Assembly (NCBI GenBank): GCA_963762965.1
Contig: CAVXME010000001.1
Coordinates: forward strand, 1,314,328 to 1,378,327
Origin: Terriglobales bacterium
GTDB taxonomy: Bacteria; Acidobacteriota; Terriglobia; Terriglobales; Acidobacteriaceae
Reading direction: 5' to 3'
Length of the DNA: 64,000 nt
Shown: positions 30,644-40,818 of the stretch, piece by piece
Layout of the letters: each line of letters begins with the position of its first letter
How positions within the stretch are numbered: the stretch's first letter is position 1
Notes under the pieces: generated by a model
Told to the model about the DNA's origin: nothing
The model's input: only the letters and a program-made list of their open reading frames with translations
Database searches by the model: none
Made by a program: the position numbers and the translations under genes

Positions 30644-31471
30644 ATGAAATCAAGCGTAAAAATTTTGGCACTGATGGCCTTCGGCCTGGTGCTGCTGTCC
30701 AGCACTGGCTGCGATAAACTGAGAGCGCGCGACCAGTTAAACAAGGGTGTGGCCGCTTACCGCAACGGTAAGTACGAAGAGGCGATTGACCACTTCCAGC
30801 AGTCCGCCAACCTGGATCCCAAGCTGCTGAACGCGCAACTGTATCTGGCCACGGCCCTGGCGAACCAATACACTCCCGGAGTTGACTCGGCCGACAATAC
30901 TCGTATCGCTCAGCAGGCGATCGATGAGTTCAAGAAGGTATTAGACGAGAACCCCAAGCACGACCAGAAGCTGACCTGCCTCAAGGGAATTGCCTCTCTG
31001 TACTTCAACATGAAGAATTGGGACCAGGCCAAAGTGTTCCATCATCAGGTGGCCGAACTGGATCCTAACGATCCGGAAGCCTACTATTCCATCGGTGTCA
31101 TTGACTGGACCCAGGCCTACCAGGAAACCGCCGAAGCCAAGTCGAAAGACGGCCTCAAGGTGGACGACGACATCACCAAGAACAAGAAGCTCTGCCCCGA
31201 CCTCAAGACCAAGACCGACGCCATCGTGGCGGACGGTATCGACAGCCTGAACAAGGCGCTTCAGTTGAGGCCGGACTATGACGACGCCATGGCTTACATG
31301 AATCTTCTCTACCGGCGAAGGGGCGATCTGCAATGCGGGGATGAAGGAGCGCGATCGGCGGACTTGAAAACTGCCGATGAGTGGGTGGACAAGACTTTGG
31401 CCGTGAAGAAAGCCAAGGCCGACAAGGCGCCTGCCGCGCAAGGTATCACCATGGACCAACCAAGCCAGTAG
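30644..31471 (+). CDS. TPR-repeat lipoprotein
   Basis: A signal peptide with lipobox (LLSSTGC) is followed by TPR-like repeats (AAYRNGKYEEAIDHFQQSANLDP..). It is the last gene of the tonB-exbBDD cluster. Confidence 0.75.
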   Translation: MKSSVKILALMAFGLVLLSSTGCDKLRARDQLNKGVAAYRNGKYEEAIDHFQQSANLDPKLLNAQLYLATALANQYTPGVDSADNTRIAQQAIDEFKKVLDENPKHDQKLTCLKGIASLYFNMKNWDQAKVFHHQVAELDPNDPEAYYSIGVIDWTQAYQETAEAKSKDGLKVDDDITKNKKLCPDLKTKTDAIVADGIDSLNKALQLRPDYDDAMAYMNLLYRRRGDLQCGDEGARSADLKTADEWVDKTLAVKKAKADKAPAAQGITMDQPSQ

Positions 31472-31493
31472 CAGTTCCTCCTAGAGACGCAGA

Positions 31494-31530
31494 AGCCCTT
31501 TCCCGCATTACGGAAAGGGCTTTTGTATTT
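31494..31530 (+). terminator. Rho-independent terminator after the TPR gene
   Basis: A 10-bp stem aagccctttcc/ggaaagggctt with an 8-nt loop is followed by ttttgtattt. Confidence 0.7.
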
Positions 31531-31561
31531 GCGTTCGCAATCGGGCAACTGAGAGCTGCGG

Positions 31562-33142
31562 TCATGGAAGCTCTTGGGCCCCGACGTAGAGTGACACTTC
31601 CAACCCAGTGAAATCGTGTAGCTCGACCTCAACGTGGCCTGTCGCGGCCAGATTCGCCAGAGCGATCGACGTTTCATCGGGTCCGGAAGGCCCCTCCGCA
31701 TGCGACAGCACCAACCATACCCGCCGATATTGAGGAATGGCCTGCGCCAGCTGGCCGTAGGATGGCTTTTCCACAAAATCAAGGAATGTGATGTGATCGC
31801 CATGGTTTGGATAAAGCACCACTGGACTTGCGGCAGATCCGGCGGGAGAAATCGCGGCTTGAAGCGAATGGTAATACTCGTAGGGCATGCGTCCCATGGG
31901 AACGTGGAACACGATGGCGTCCCCCGGCTGGGCATGGCTTAGGATGTACTGCGAGGCGGCGCGCCAATTCTCCCGCTGCACGTCTTCGAAATCCTGGCGA
32001 TAGTAGGACGCCGTGCCCTGAAGGGAGAGCACGACCAAGACGAGCGCGGCCAATGCCATGGTCCGGGCCGGAGGGATGCGAGAGAGCCCCGCGGCGGCAA
32101 GCAAAATCAGCGCCGGGAGGCACAGGATAAAATATCGCGGCAGAAAAAGCGGCCGAGCCTGGGACAAAACCAGCACCGAGAATACGGGAAAAAATAGCCA
32201 TAGCAAGAGAAAGCGATAACGCCAGGTTTCCCACGAGGCCCGTTGCTGAATCCCCCTGCTGTTGATTTCGCCAAAGGCCGCTGGAACGACCGCAGCCAGG
32301 CCGGCCAGCACGTATGCGACTAATAGGAGGACGCCACCGTTCCCAGCGAGTCGAAGTCCAAGCTGCCAGAGATTATCCAGTCCCGGACGCTGGATCCAGC
32401 GCAACGGCCCGGCCCCGGTCGTGGCCACGAAAACGGCGATGGGAGAAACCAGGAGGGCGATCCAGCGCCAGTCTTTTCTTATTTCTTTGGGAATGCTTTC
32501 CCGATCGAGAAATAGTAAGGACAACCACTGGGCCAGTATCAACAAGCCCGCATAAAAGTGAGCATAGACTGCCGCAGTGCTGAGAAGTATGTATGCCACA
32601 CGATTCCGGCGCGATGGCAGCTCCAGGCATTTCAGGAAATAGAAGCTGGAGCGCACGCACAGAAGCACCATCAGCGAATAGCTGCGGGCTTCCTGCGAGT
32701 AGCGCACGTGATAGGCGTTCACTGCCAGCAAAGCGGCGGCGATCAAACCCACCCGCGAGTTAAAAAGCCTGCGGCCCAGGAAGTAAAGTACGGGAATCGT
32801 GGCTAGTGCGAATAACACTGAAAGCCCGCGAACGAAAGCTTCACTCTGCCCAAAGAGCACCCAGCCCCGCAGCAGCAGATAATACAAGGACATATTGGCT
32901 TCGCGCCGCCACAAAATGCGTCCAAAGTTGTACCAATCCAGGCGGGCGATGCCGATGCTCACCCCTTCATCGAACCAGAAAGTCCGGGCGGCGAGGGCAT
33001 GAAAGCGGAGAACGGCAGCAAGGACCGTGATTGCCGAAAGAAGCCCCAACTCCGCGGGGGAAGGAGACCGCGCCGCTTCGGTGGCGGATAATTTCCCGGT
33101 TCTCACGGGTATGGGGTCAGAGGCATTCACAAGGAATCCCAT
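31562..33142 (-). CDS. Glycosyltransferase family 39 (ArnT/PMT-like) integral membrane protein
   Basis: It has ~10 predicted TM segments, an N-terminal pattern like FWFDEGVSIGIARL..., and a soluble C-terminal domain. ATG at 33142 is preferred over TTG at 33160. The family call is from general resemblance. Confidence 0.65.
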   Translation of the reverse strand: MGFLVNASDPIPVRTGKLSATEAARSPSPAELGLLSAITVLAAVLRFHALAARTFWFDEGVSIGIARLDWYNFGRILWRREANMSLYYLLLRGWVLFGQSEAFVRGLSVLFALATIPVLYFLGRRLFNSRVGLIAAALLAVNAYHVRYSQEARSYSLMVLLCVRSSFYFLKCLELPSRRNRVAYILLSTAAVYAHFYAGLLILAQWLSLLFLDRESIPKEIRKDWRWIALLVSPIAVFVATTGAGPLRWIQRPGLDNLWQLGLRLAGNGGVLLLVAYVLAGLAAVVPAAFGEINSRGIQQRASWETWRYRFLLLWLFFPVFSVLVLSQARPLFLPRYFILCLPALILLAAAGLSRIPPARTMALAALVLVVLSLQGTASYYRQDFEDVQRENWRAASQYILSHAQPGDAIVFHVPMGRMPYEYYHSLQAAISPAGSAASPVVLYPNHGDHITFLDFVEKPSYGQLAQAIPQYRRVWLVLSHAEGPSGPDETSIALANLAATGHVEVELHDFTGLEVSLYVGAQELP

Positions 33143-33225
33143 GGTATCTCGAAAAACCAAGAATCTTCACGAAACTCCAGTAAAATTAGCAGTTTGAGCT
33201 GAAGCTGCCCAGGAAATCTGCAAGC

Positions 33226-34755
33226 ATGTTCAAGAAAATTCTCATCGCGAATCGAGGGGAAATCGCGGTACGGGTGGTCCGCGCCTGCCGCGAATTGGGG
33301 ATCATCTCGGCAGCGGTGTATTCAGATGCGGACCGCGCCTCCCTGCATGTGAGAAAAGCAGACGAGGCGTATCACATTGGCCCAGCGGCGGCGACGGAGT
33401 CCTATCTAAACATCGCCAAGATCATTGCTGTCGCCAAACACAGCGGCGCCGATGCGGTCCATCCTGGCTACGGTTTCCTTTCCGAAAATGCAAAGTTTGC
33501 CCAGGCTTGTGTTGATGCAGGCATCAAGTTCATTGGCCCCTCGGCATCGTCGATCGAGATGATGGGTTCGAAAACCCGGGGCCGGCAGGAGATGGAAAAG
33601 GCCGGCCTGCCATTCGTGCCTGGCACTTCCAAGGGATTGGAATCCATCGAGCAAGCGGAGCAGGTTGCCGGCAAGATCGGCTATCCCGTGATGCTCAAGG
33701 CGGCCGCTGGGGGCGGGGGCAAGGGTATGCGCCTGGTGCATAACCGGGAAGAACTCAAGCCGGCGCTGGAAGCGGCGCAGAGCGAAGCCCAACGTGCCTT
33801 CGGTGACAGCGAGGTATATCTCGAGAAGGCCATCGTCAATCCCCGCCACATCGAAATGCAGATACTGGCGGACGAGCATGGCAACACCTTATATCTCGGT
33901 GAGCGCGAGTGTTCCCTTCAGCGCCGGCACCAGAAGGTTCTGGAGGAGTCTCCCTCGCCGCTGGTTGATCCAGACATGCGGCGGCGCATGGGCGAAGTCG
34001 CCGTCCGGGTGGCGAAAGCTGCTCATTACAGTAATGCTGGGACGGTCGAGTTTCTGGTCGACCAGCAGAAGAACTTCTATTTTCTGGAAATGAACACGCG
34101 GTTGCAGGTGGAGCATCCCGTCACGGAACTGGTCACAGGTCTCGATCTCGTCCACTTGCAGATTCGCATCGCGGCTGGCGAAAAGCTTCCCTTCGCGCAG
34201 CAGGACGTTGTCATACGGGGCCATGCCATCGAATGCCGCATCTATGCTGAAGATCCGGACAGCAACTACTTCCCCAGCCCCGGGAAAATCACTTTGCTGC
34301 AAGAGCCTGCCGGCCCTGGGATCCGGCTGGACAGCGGTATCTACGAAGGCTGGACCGTGCCAATTGACTACGATCCGCTGCTGGCCAAACTCATCGGCTA
34401 CGGAACCGCCCGCCCGCAAGTCATCGCCCGTCTGTCGCGCGCTCTGGATGAATATTTTGTGGGCGGCATCAAGAGCAATCTTTCTCTGTTCCAACGCATT
34501 CTGAGCGATCCGGATTTTCAGGCGGGGACTGTAGATACCGGCTTTTTGGACCGCCTGCTAAAGTCCAAACGTACAGAACGAAATGCCGACGATGCGAAAA
34601 TTGCGGCCATTGCGGCCGGGTTGTTTGCCGCACTGGATTCCGCGTCATCGTCCGCAGGCAATGGAACACCATCCGCCAACCGAGAAAGTGCGGACCGCAA
34701 CGGTCCCACATCTACAAGCTGGAAGCAGACTGCAAGAACCGAGGCGTTGAGGTAA
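33226..34755 (+). CDS. accC: Biotin carboxylase (acetyl-CoA carboxylase-type, ATP-grasp)
   Basis: MFKKILIANRGEIAVRVVRACRELGI.., GGGGKGMR and EMNTRLQVEHPVTE are present. A ~60-aa C-terminal extension follows. Which carboxylase it serves cannot be determined from this window. Confidence 0.9.
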   Translation: MFKKILIANRGEIAVRVVRACRELGIISAAVYSDADRASLHVRKADEAYHIGPAAATESYLNIAKIIAVAKHSGADAVHPGYGFLSENAKFAQACVDAGIKFIGPSASSIEMMGSKTRGRQEMEKAGLPFVPGTSKGLESIEQAEQVAGKIGYPVMLKAAAGGGGKGMRLVHNREELKPALEAAQSEAQRAFGDSEVYLEKAIVNPRHIEMQILADEHGNTLYLGERECSLQRRHQKVLEESPSPLVDPDMRRRMGEVAVRVAKAAHYSNAGTVEFLVDQQKNFYFLEMNTRLQVEHPVTELVTGLDLVHLQIRIAAGEKLPFAQQDVVIRGHAIECRIYAEDPDSNYFPSPGKITLLQEPAGPGIRLDSGIYEGWTVPIDYDPLLAKLIGYGTARPQVIARLSRALDEYFVGGIKSNLSLFQRILSDPDFQAGTVDTGFLDRLLKSKRTERNADDAKIAAIAAGLFAALDSASSSAGNGTPSANRESADRNGPTSTSWKQTARTEALR

Positions 34756-35252
34756 TGCTTTACGACATCGCCATCGACGGAAAGAGCTACCGCCTCGAAC
34801 TTTCCCAAGCGGAGGGCCGCTGGCAATGCCGCCTCGACGGTCAGGAATTCCAGATTGACGTAGTTCGCATCGGTGACGACGTTCTCTCTCTCGTATCAGA
34901 GGGCAAGACATACGAGATCAGGCGCGAACGCACGGAGACTGACACCCGCGTGTGGGTTGGCGGCACAAGTTATGCCGCGGAAGTCCGCGATCCCCGGTCC
35001 TTACGCGCCCGGAAGAGAAAGTCCGGAGATGAGAGCGGCCCCCGGAAACTGGTTGCCTCCATGCCGGGCAAAGTGGTTCGCGTCCTGGTGAGCGAGAAAT
35101 CGGCGGTCGAGGCAGGTCAGGGAATCATCGTGGTGGAAGCCATGAAGATGCAGAACGAGATTAAATCTCCCAAGAAGGGCATCGTTCAAAAACTGATTGC
35201 AGCGGAAGGCGCCAACGTCAATGCCGGGGATGTTCTCGCGATCGTGGAATGA
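34755..35252 (+). CDS. Biotin/lipoyl-attachment (biotin carboxyl carrier) protein
   Basis: The start is translationally coupled (TAATG overlap with accC). The EAMKMQNEI biotinylation motif lies near the C-terminus. Confidence 0.85.
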   Translation: MLYDIAIDGKSYRLELSQAEGRWQCRLDGQEFQIDVVRIGDDVLSLVSEGKTYEIRRERTETDTRVWVGGTSYAAEVRDPRSLRARKRKSGDESGPRKLVASMPGKVVRVLVSEKSAVEAGQGIIVVEAMKMQNEIKSPKKGIVQKLIAAEGANVNAGDVLAIVE

Positions 35253-35277
35253 ACTCGAAATCAGCCCCGATTCCCAG

Positions 35278-36339
35278 CTACTTCATCAGGCCGTTGCTCT
35301 CCAGGACTTTCTCGGCGTAATAGTTTTCCACCTTGGCCTGGTTGTGCAGCACATCGTAATATGCGGCTTTGAGCAGTTGTTCGCGATGGTCCTGAAGTTG
35401 CGAGCGAATGGCCTGTTGCACACGCGGATCGGAAAAATCCCGCTGCCCGGCGGGCTCTTTGGAAATCAGCTTCACAATCTGAAAGCCGAACAATTGCTTG
35501 CTCCGGGGATCGAGGATGGTGATGATGGGGCTGTATTCCCCGGCCTTCAATTTGAGCACGGCATCGCGGGTGGCTGGGTCGGTGCGCGCCAGCCCAGACT
35601 CGGGCGTGAAGCCCAAATCTCCGCCACTGGCCGAGGTTTCCGCATCCTCAGAGTAGTTCATGGCTAGGGTGCCGAAATCATCGCCGCTCTCCAGGCGATT
35701 CAGCACCATCTCAATTTTCTTTCGCGCCTGCGGCTCATTTTGCGCCTTGTTGTTTTCGCGGACCTGCGGGTTGGGCAAAGGCGTGACAAAAATGTGCGCC
35801 AGATGGTACTGAGGTTCGATGAAATTGAATTGCGACTTGTGGGTGATGAAGTAGTTGGTTACGTCCTGGTCAGAGATGGTGATTTTGGAAGTAACTTCCT
35901 TGTTCATGACCTTGTCCACGGTCAGCGAGCGGCGAATATCGCGCTTGAAATCGTCGGCGGAGATGTTTTTTTCCTTCAGCCGGGCGGCAAATTGCTCCGC
36001 TGTATAAGGCGATTTAATCTCGTTCAGCTTGCGGTCCACTTCATCGTCGGTGGCCAGCAGCCCCAGCTTCTCGGCGCGGCGCATCAGGATCTCGTTGTCA
36101 ATCAACTCGCGCAGTATGCTGAGCCGCAGGCTGGTGGCTTGCTCTCCGACCGGTTGCTGATCGGAGCCAGCCGTCTGATTCTGGTAGTACTTTTCGACGT
36201 CCGAGAGGTAAATTTTATGCCCGTCCACGGTGGCGGCCACATCGCCCCCGCCCTGATTGCCTCCGCAGGCGGCAGAGCCAGCCAGCAGGGACGCCAGGAG
36301 CGCTGCCAGACTGTAACGAATGATCAACTTTGCGTTCAA
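35278..36339 (-). CDS. SurA-like periplasmic chaperone / parvulin-type peptidyl-prolyl isomerase
   Basis: TTG start with GGGAGG 5 nt upstream. The lipoprotein-like signal is LLAGSAAC. The parvulin domain reads HIFV...SGDDFGTLAMNYSED..SGGDLGF. Confidence 0.8.
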   Translation of the reverse strand: MNAKLIIRYSLAALLASLLAGSAACGGNQGGGDVAATVDGHKIYLSDVEKYYQNQTAGSDQQPVGEQATSLRLSILRELIDNEILMRRAEKLGLLATDDEVDRKLNEIKSPYTAEQFAARLKEKNISADDFKRDIRRSLTVDKVMNKEVTSKITISDQDVTNYFITHKSQFNFIEPQYHLAHIFVTPLPNPQVRENNKAQNEPQARKKIEMVLNRLESGDDFGTLAMNYSEDAETSASGGDLGFTPESGLARTDPATRDAVLKLKAGEYSPIITILDPRSKQLFGFQIVKLISKEPAGQRDFSDPRVQQAIRSQLQDHREQLLKAAYYDVLHNQAKVENYYAEKVLESNGLMK

Positions 36340-36394
36340 TGAATCCTCCCCAGAAAACCAGCCGGTGGGATATGTTGCGGCCTCTCGAAGTTCA

Positions 36395-37330
36395 TCACTT
36401 GCTGGCAGCCGCCGATCCAGCGGTCGCGGCAGCCGCGTGCGTCGGAGGCTTTACCCCGGCCTGCTCTAACGCATGATCAAACAATTCCCGGAATTCGCTG
36501 GCCGGAAGCGCTCCATCGGCCTCCTGTCCATTGATGAACATGGTCGGGGTCGCATCCACACCCAGGGCGTCGCCTTCCTTGATCGAGGCCTTCACCGCAT
36601 CTTCGTTCTGCGCTTTGATGCAGGACTGAAGTTTCGCCACATCGACATTGTGCTTCTGTCCCTGCTGTAGAGTGATGCGGTCGAGCGCGGCCAGTTTCTC
36701 ATCCCGGCCTTTTTCCGAATCTATTTCCGACTTGTTGGCATGCATATAGTCGGCGAACTCCCAGTAGGCGTCGTTATTTTGCGCCGCCAGGCAATTGGCG
36801 TCAACGGCGGCATGGATGGCCCAGGGATGAATCTCCGAGAGAGGATAATCCTTGTAAATGAAAGCGATGCGATCGCCGTATTCCTTGAACAACTCCGGGA
36901 AGATGGTTTCATGCACCCGCGAACAGAAGGGACATTCGAAGTCGTCGAAGTTGACTACCACCACTTTGGCGTCCTTGTTGCCGCGGATGGGGCGTCCCTG
37001 AATGTCGATTTTCTTCATGACTTCAGCGTACGGGTCCTTGCTGAGGTCCAGTTTCGTCATCCGAATCAGCGTTTTGCTGTCTTTGGAAAGCAGAAACTCG
37101 AAAGTCTGCCTCTTTTCGCCACCATCGAACGTGATGCTGAGCCCGTCATAATTGGGAAACTCGCTGGCCTTGATGGCGCCCACCACGATCTTTACCGAAG
37201 CTGGAACGTTGTAATAGGACCGGACTTCCCGTTCAATGCGTTGCAGGGTCTCGGCGGAAGGCGCCGATTGAGCAGAACAGCCGAGACACAACAGCAGAAA
37301 GACCAGAATCGAACGCCGCAAGAATGTCAC
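36395..37330 (-). CDS. DsbA-family thioredoxin-fold protein (thiol:disulfide oxidoreductase)
   Basis: A signal peptide and a CxxC active site in FDDFECPFCSRVH. GTG start. Confidence 0.8.
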   Translation of the reverse strand: MTFLRRSILVFLLLCLGCSAQSAPSAETLQRIEREVRSYYNVPASVKIVVGAIKASEFPNYDGLSITFDGGEKRQTFEFLLSKDSKTLIRMTKLDLSKDPYAEVMKKIDIQGRPIRGNKDAKVVVVNFDDFECPFCSRVHETIFPELFKEYGDRIAFIYKDYPLSEIHPWAIHAAVDANCLAAQNNDAYWEFADYMHANKSEIDSEKGRDEKLAALDRITLQQGQKHNVDVAKLQSCIKAQNEDAVKASIKEGDALGVDATPTMFINGQEADGALPASEFRELFDHALEQAGVKPPTHAAAATAGSAAASK

Positions 37331-37432
37331 CCAGAAACCGCCTAAACCACGAGATATAAAGCTAATTATCTCATAGTTACTACGCCCGCCGGGAGGCGAG
37401 ACTGGTTCAACAGTGCAGGCTGCGGGTCTGGA

Positions 37433-38293
37433 TTACTCGCTCGGACGCACCAATTGTTGGACTGACAACAGGGCGTTCATGGACCCGGAACGGAAACCTT
37501 CCAGATCGAGGGTCACAAATTTAAACCCCAGCGCTTTAAAGATGCGGCTGAATTCGGCGGCCATTTCCGGGGTCAGAGCGCGCGGCAATTCTTCCCGCGC
37601 AATTTCGATGCGGACCATCTCGCCGTGGTGGCGAACCCGGAACTGGCGGAAGCCCAAGGCGCGAATAGCGTCTTCTCCCTGTTCGACCGTGCTCAGCGTT
37701 TCGCGGTTGACGGGACGCCCGTACTCAACGCGCGAGGACAAGCAGGCCGACGCGGGTTTGTCCCAGATACGCAGGCCGGCGGCTCGTGCCAGCTCGCGAA
37801 TGTTCTCTTTGGTGAGTCCGGCATCCAGCAGTGGCGCGGCGACGTGATGGCGCTGGGCGGCGGCCTGTCCGGGGCGGAAGTCGCCCTGATCGTCCACATT
37901 CACCCCGTAAGCGATGGCATCGAAGCCGCGTTTCTGGCGGAGCTCTTCCATGACCGTGAACAATTCGTCTTTGCAATGAAAACAACGGGCGGAATCATTC
38001 CGAGCGTATTCAGGACGATCGAGCTCGCTGGTGGCGATCACTTCAATCGGAATGCCCTGTTCGTTGGCAAAGGCAATCGCGTCGGCCAGGTGGGTGCGGG
38101 CCAGGCTGGGAGAATCGGCGATGACCGCGAGCATTTCCGAACCTAACGCCTGGTGAGCCGCCCAGGCCAGAAAAGCGGAATCCACACCGCCCGAGTACGC
38201 CACCAGGACGCGACCCAAAGACCGCAGCCGGCCATTTAGCGCTGCCTGCTTGGGACTGATGGCCGTGGGAACGAGATCGGGGACAACTGGCAT
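37433..38293 (-). CDS. larE: PP-loop ATP-utilising enzyme, LarE-like (TIGR00268-type sulfur transferase)
   Basis: The PP-loop is VAYSGGVDSAF. Conserved CFHCKDELF and SACLSSR (the position of the LarE sacrificial Cys motif) are present. ATG at 38293. Confidence 0.75.
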   Translation of the reverse strand: MPVVPDLVPTAISPKQAALNGRLRSLGRVLVAYSGGVDSAFLAWAAHQALGSEMLAVIADSPSLARTHLADAIAFANEQGIPIEVIATSELDRPEYARNDSARCFHCKDELFTVMEELRQKRGFDAIAYGVNVDDQGDFRPGQAAAQRHHVAAPLLDAGLTKENIRELARAAGLRIWDKPASACLSSRVEYGRPVNRETLSTVEQGEDAIRALGFRQFRVRHHGEMVRIEIAREELPRALTPEMAAEFSRIFKALGFKFVTLDLEGFRSGSMNALLSVQQLVRPSE

Positions 38294-38331
38294 CAAGCTA
38301 TCTTAATACGGCGCGCGTCTTAGATGTTGCG

Positions 38332-40818
38332 CTAGAACAAACGTTCCTGTCGTCGCAAATTGCCAAAGGCGCCAATATTGGCTAGGGCAAAGGTGAAGCG
38401 GAGCTGATTCTCGTCCCGCACCGAGCCCAGGTTGAAACGCCGATACTCGATGTTTACTCCACAGCAATCCCAGTTATAGGCCGCCTGCGCCGAGCTGTAC
38501 TGAAGAGCGCCGATTCCACCATCAAACCCCAGGTTGGCCGCCACGCTGAAGCCGCGTTTATTGGGTTGGCCATAGCCAAATACGGCCCGAAATTGATTGT
38601 AGGATGTCGCCGTCACGGGTGTGGGATTCGAAGGCAAAGTGTCGCTAAGAACCCGCAAAAATGCGTTACCCCCACCCAGCGTGAACGCGCCAATCCGATA
38701 GTTCAGCAAAGCAGTGCTGTTGTTGATGTGCCCCGACTTGAAGTCATAGTCAACGTCCCACTCAATGTCGGTCCGGTTGCTGGTCTGGGCGCGAAGGCGC
38801 GAGATAAGCGGCGAGAGCCGGCGCTCTTCGGTCAAAAAAGAAATGCCAGTCAGGTCCATGGTGCTGGTGAAGACGTTGGGCCGCCCCGGTACCAGAGCGC
38901 CCCCGAAGGTGGGATCGATAAAATACTTCTGCGCCAGCTCCCAGGTGACCACCTCGCGTACTTGAGGCTGGGTGCGGCAGGTAATTTCCTTGGTGGGCTC
39001 ATAGCGCTGCCACGGAATCCGGTTTTGCGCCGGCGCTCCGCCCACCAGGAGCGTGGGCATGCCAGGCGGACTACAGTCGTCGGACTGTTCGCTGGTTCGC
39101 TTGCTATAGAGACGGTTTACAACTGAGTATTCGACTTCATTGGTGTCGCTGAGGATGTCGCGTTCATCGAAACGAAGAATGCTGGAGAAATTGTTTACCC
39201 CGGTCACATAGTTGTAAACCAGGCGCGGCTCAATCACGTGTTTCCACTTGCGCCCCAGAAACTCGCGGTCAAACACCCGGTCCAACGCAGGCGGGCGCAC
39301 TTCGACCGAACCTTCCAAAGCCTTGCGGTTGGTGGTATCCGAGAGCGCCGATTCCACTTCGATTCCCGCAACCTCAGAAGTCAGCAGTTGCTTGGTGTAA
39401 ATCGTGTCCCGAAGCGAAAGCTCCGGACGGACCGACCAGCCATGAAACTGCAACGGCAAGGAAACGCTGGGATTCAAATCGAACCGCGCAACGATCCCTC
39501 CGGTTGAAAAATGTTCGGCAATCGTCCCGGCAAAAAAAGGAGGATCGCTGCGCTCCAGGCCGTCGAGAGCTGCGTCATACGACCAGTAAAAGGGCGTGTG
39601 TTCCAGGGCGTGATCAACGCTGGAAGTCGTAAAGCTGGGGGCATGGAGAATGTTAATCACATCGCCGTTGGTCGTACCTTCATAGTTCTGATAACGCTCC
39701 ATCGAACCGTTGAAAAAGAAGCCGTTCTTCACGTTGGAAAGAAAGGCGGTGGAATTCACTTCCGAGTTCACCGCCTGGCTGAAAACGTCGGTAAAGGCCA
39801 GACGAAAGACGTAGGAGCTGAGGTAGTCGACATTGGCCACGCCGCGGAAGCCGTGCGCAAAGCTTCCTTCAGCGGTCATTCTCACATCCGCGCCCCCTTG
39901 ATATTGTGAGCCAGTGAGACGGTCGAGCACACTGAAGAAATTGAGATCCACAAATGAGGCATCGCCCGGCTGCATGCGAAATTCACCCTCGGGTGCCCAA
40001 CCACGCTTGGAATAATACTGAGTACCCAGCAGCGCGTCCGTGCTGGGATTGATCGCCCAAAACACAGATTCGCCGGCGGTATAGCCCTTGGTCGAGGAGT
40101 GCCCAACACTGGGAATCAGAAAACCGGATTGCCGCGGCCGCTTTTGCACGGGATGGGTGGCAAAGGGAAAAAACAGTACGGGAAGCCCCTCCAGGCGGAA
40201 AGTGCTGCGGTAAATCTTGGCATTGCCGCCGATCTCTACGTCGACTTCGTGAGCATAGAACTGCCATTTCGGTCGCGGCAGCTCGCAAGTGGTGATGGTG
40301 CCGTCATATACCAGATAGTGGTCGGGCCCGGTCTTCACCACCACCTTGCCGGTAAAGGCAAATGGGTTCGAGGAGGTGAGAATGAGGCGTGTCGCTTTCA
40401 GCCGCAATCCGGTGGTGCCGGTAACGATCTCGAAGCGTCCGGATTCCGACCGCACATTGTACGTCCCATGACTGGCCTGGATGTGTTCATCATTGGGGCC
40501 GCCGTCGAGCACTACGTGGCCATCCACGGTGGAATCCCCAGTGTCGCGGTTGTAGGTGATCTCATCGCCGTAAAGGACGTACGTGCCATAGTGTACCCAG
40601 GCCTTCTGGTGCAGTTTAACCATGGGGCCGTCCAGTTCCTGGCTGACGGCGCTCCAACTGACATCTTCATATTGCAGGGCTGAGGAGTTGTTGGGCAGAG
40701 TTGGTGATGAATCGGAGGGGTTCGCGGTGGAAAGCAACTGGCTGGTAACTAACGATGGAGCGAGTAGCAGATGACAAACGAACACGGTCGTGATAAGGAA
40801 TCGAGTGCGGGATGTCAT
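38332..40818 (-). CDS. lptD: LPS-assembly outer-membrane protein LptD (OstA family)
   Basis: ~830 aa with a signal peptide from ATG 40818 (MTSRTRFLITTVFVCHLLL). An OstA-like N-terminal beta-jellyroll is followed by a large beta-barrel ending in an aromatic residue (..RRQERLF). A surA-like gene is in the same cluster. Confidence 0.8.
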   Translation of the reverse strand: MTSRTRFLITTVFVCHLLLAPSLVTSQLLSTANPSDSSPTLPNNSSALQYEDVSWSAVSQELDGPMVKLHQKAWVHYGTYVLYGDEITYNRDTGDSTVDGHVVLDGGPNDEHIQASHGTYNVRSESGRFEIVTGTTGLRLKATRLILTSSNPFAFTGKVVVKTGPDHYLVYDGTITTCELPRPKWQFYAHEVDVEIGGNAKIYRSTFRLEGLPVLFFPFATHPVQKRPRQSGFLIPSVGHSSTKGYTAGESVFWAINPSTDALLGTQYYSKRGWAPEGEFRMQPGDASFVDLNFFSVLDRLTGSQYQGGADVRMTAEGSFAHGFRGVANVDYLSSYVFRLAFTDVFSQAVNSEVNSTAFLSNVKNGFFFNGSMERYQNYEGTTNGDVINILHAPSFTTSSVDHALEHTPFYWSYDAALDGLERSDPPFFAGTIAEHFSTGGIVARFDLNPSVSLPLQFHGWSVRPELSLRDTIYTKQLLTSEVAGIEVESALSDTTNRKALEGSVEVRPPALDRVFDREFLGRKWKHVIEPRLVYNYVTGVNNFSSILRFDERDILSDTNEVEYSVVNRLYSKRTSEQSDDCSPPGMPTLLVGGAPAQNRIPWQRYEPTKEITCRTQPQVREVVTWELAQKYFIDPTFGGALVPGRPNVFTSTMDLTGISFLTEERRLSPLISRLRAQTSNRTDIEWDVDYDFKSGHINNSTALLNYRIGAFTLGGGNAFLRVLSDTLPSNPTPVTATSYNQFRAVFGYGQPNKRGFSVAANLGFDGGIGALQYSSAQAAYNWDCCGVNIEYRRFNLGSVRDENQLRFTFALANIGAFGNLRRQERLF

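Noticed and set aside
29826-30671. 281-aa minus-strand ORF across both exbD genes. The same applies to 10698..11420 and 11132..11731 across cobO/accD.
   Set aside because: These are antisense shadow ORFs of well-supported genes in G+C-rich DNA.
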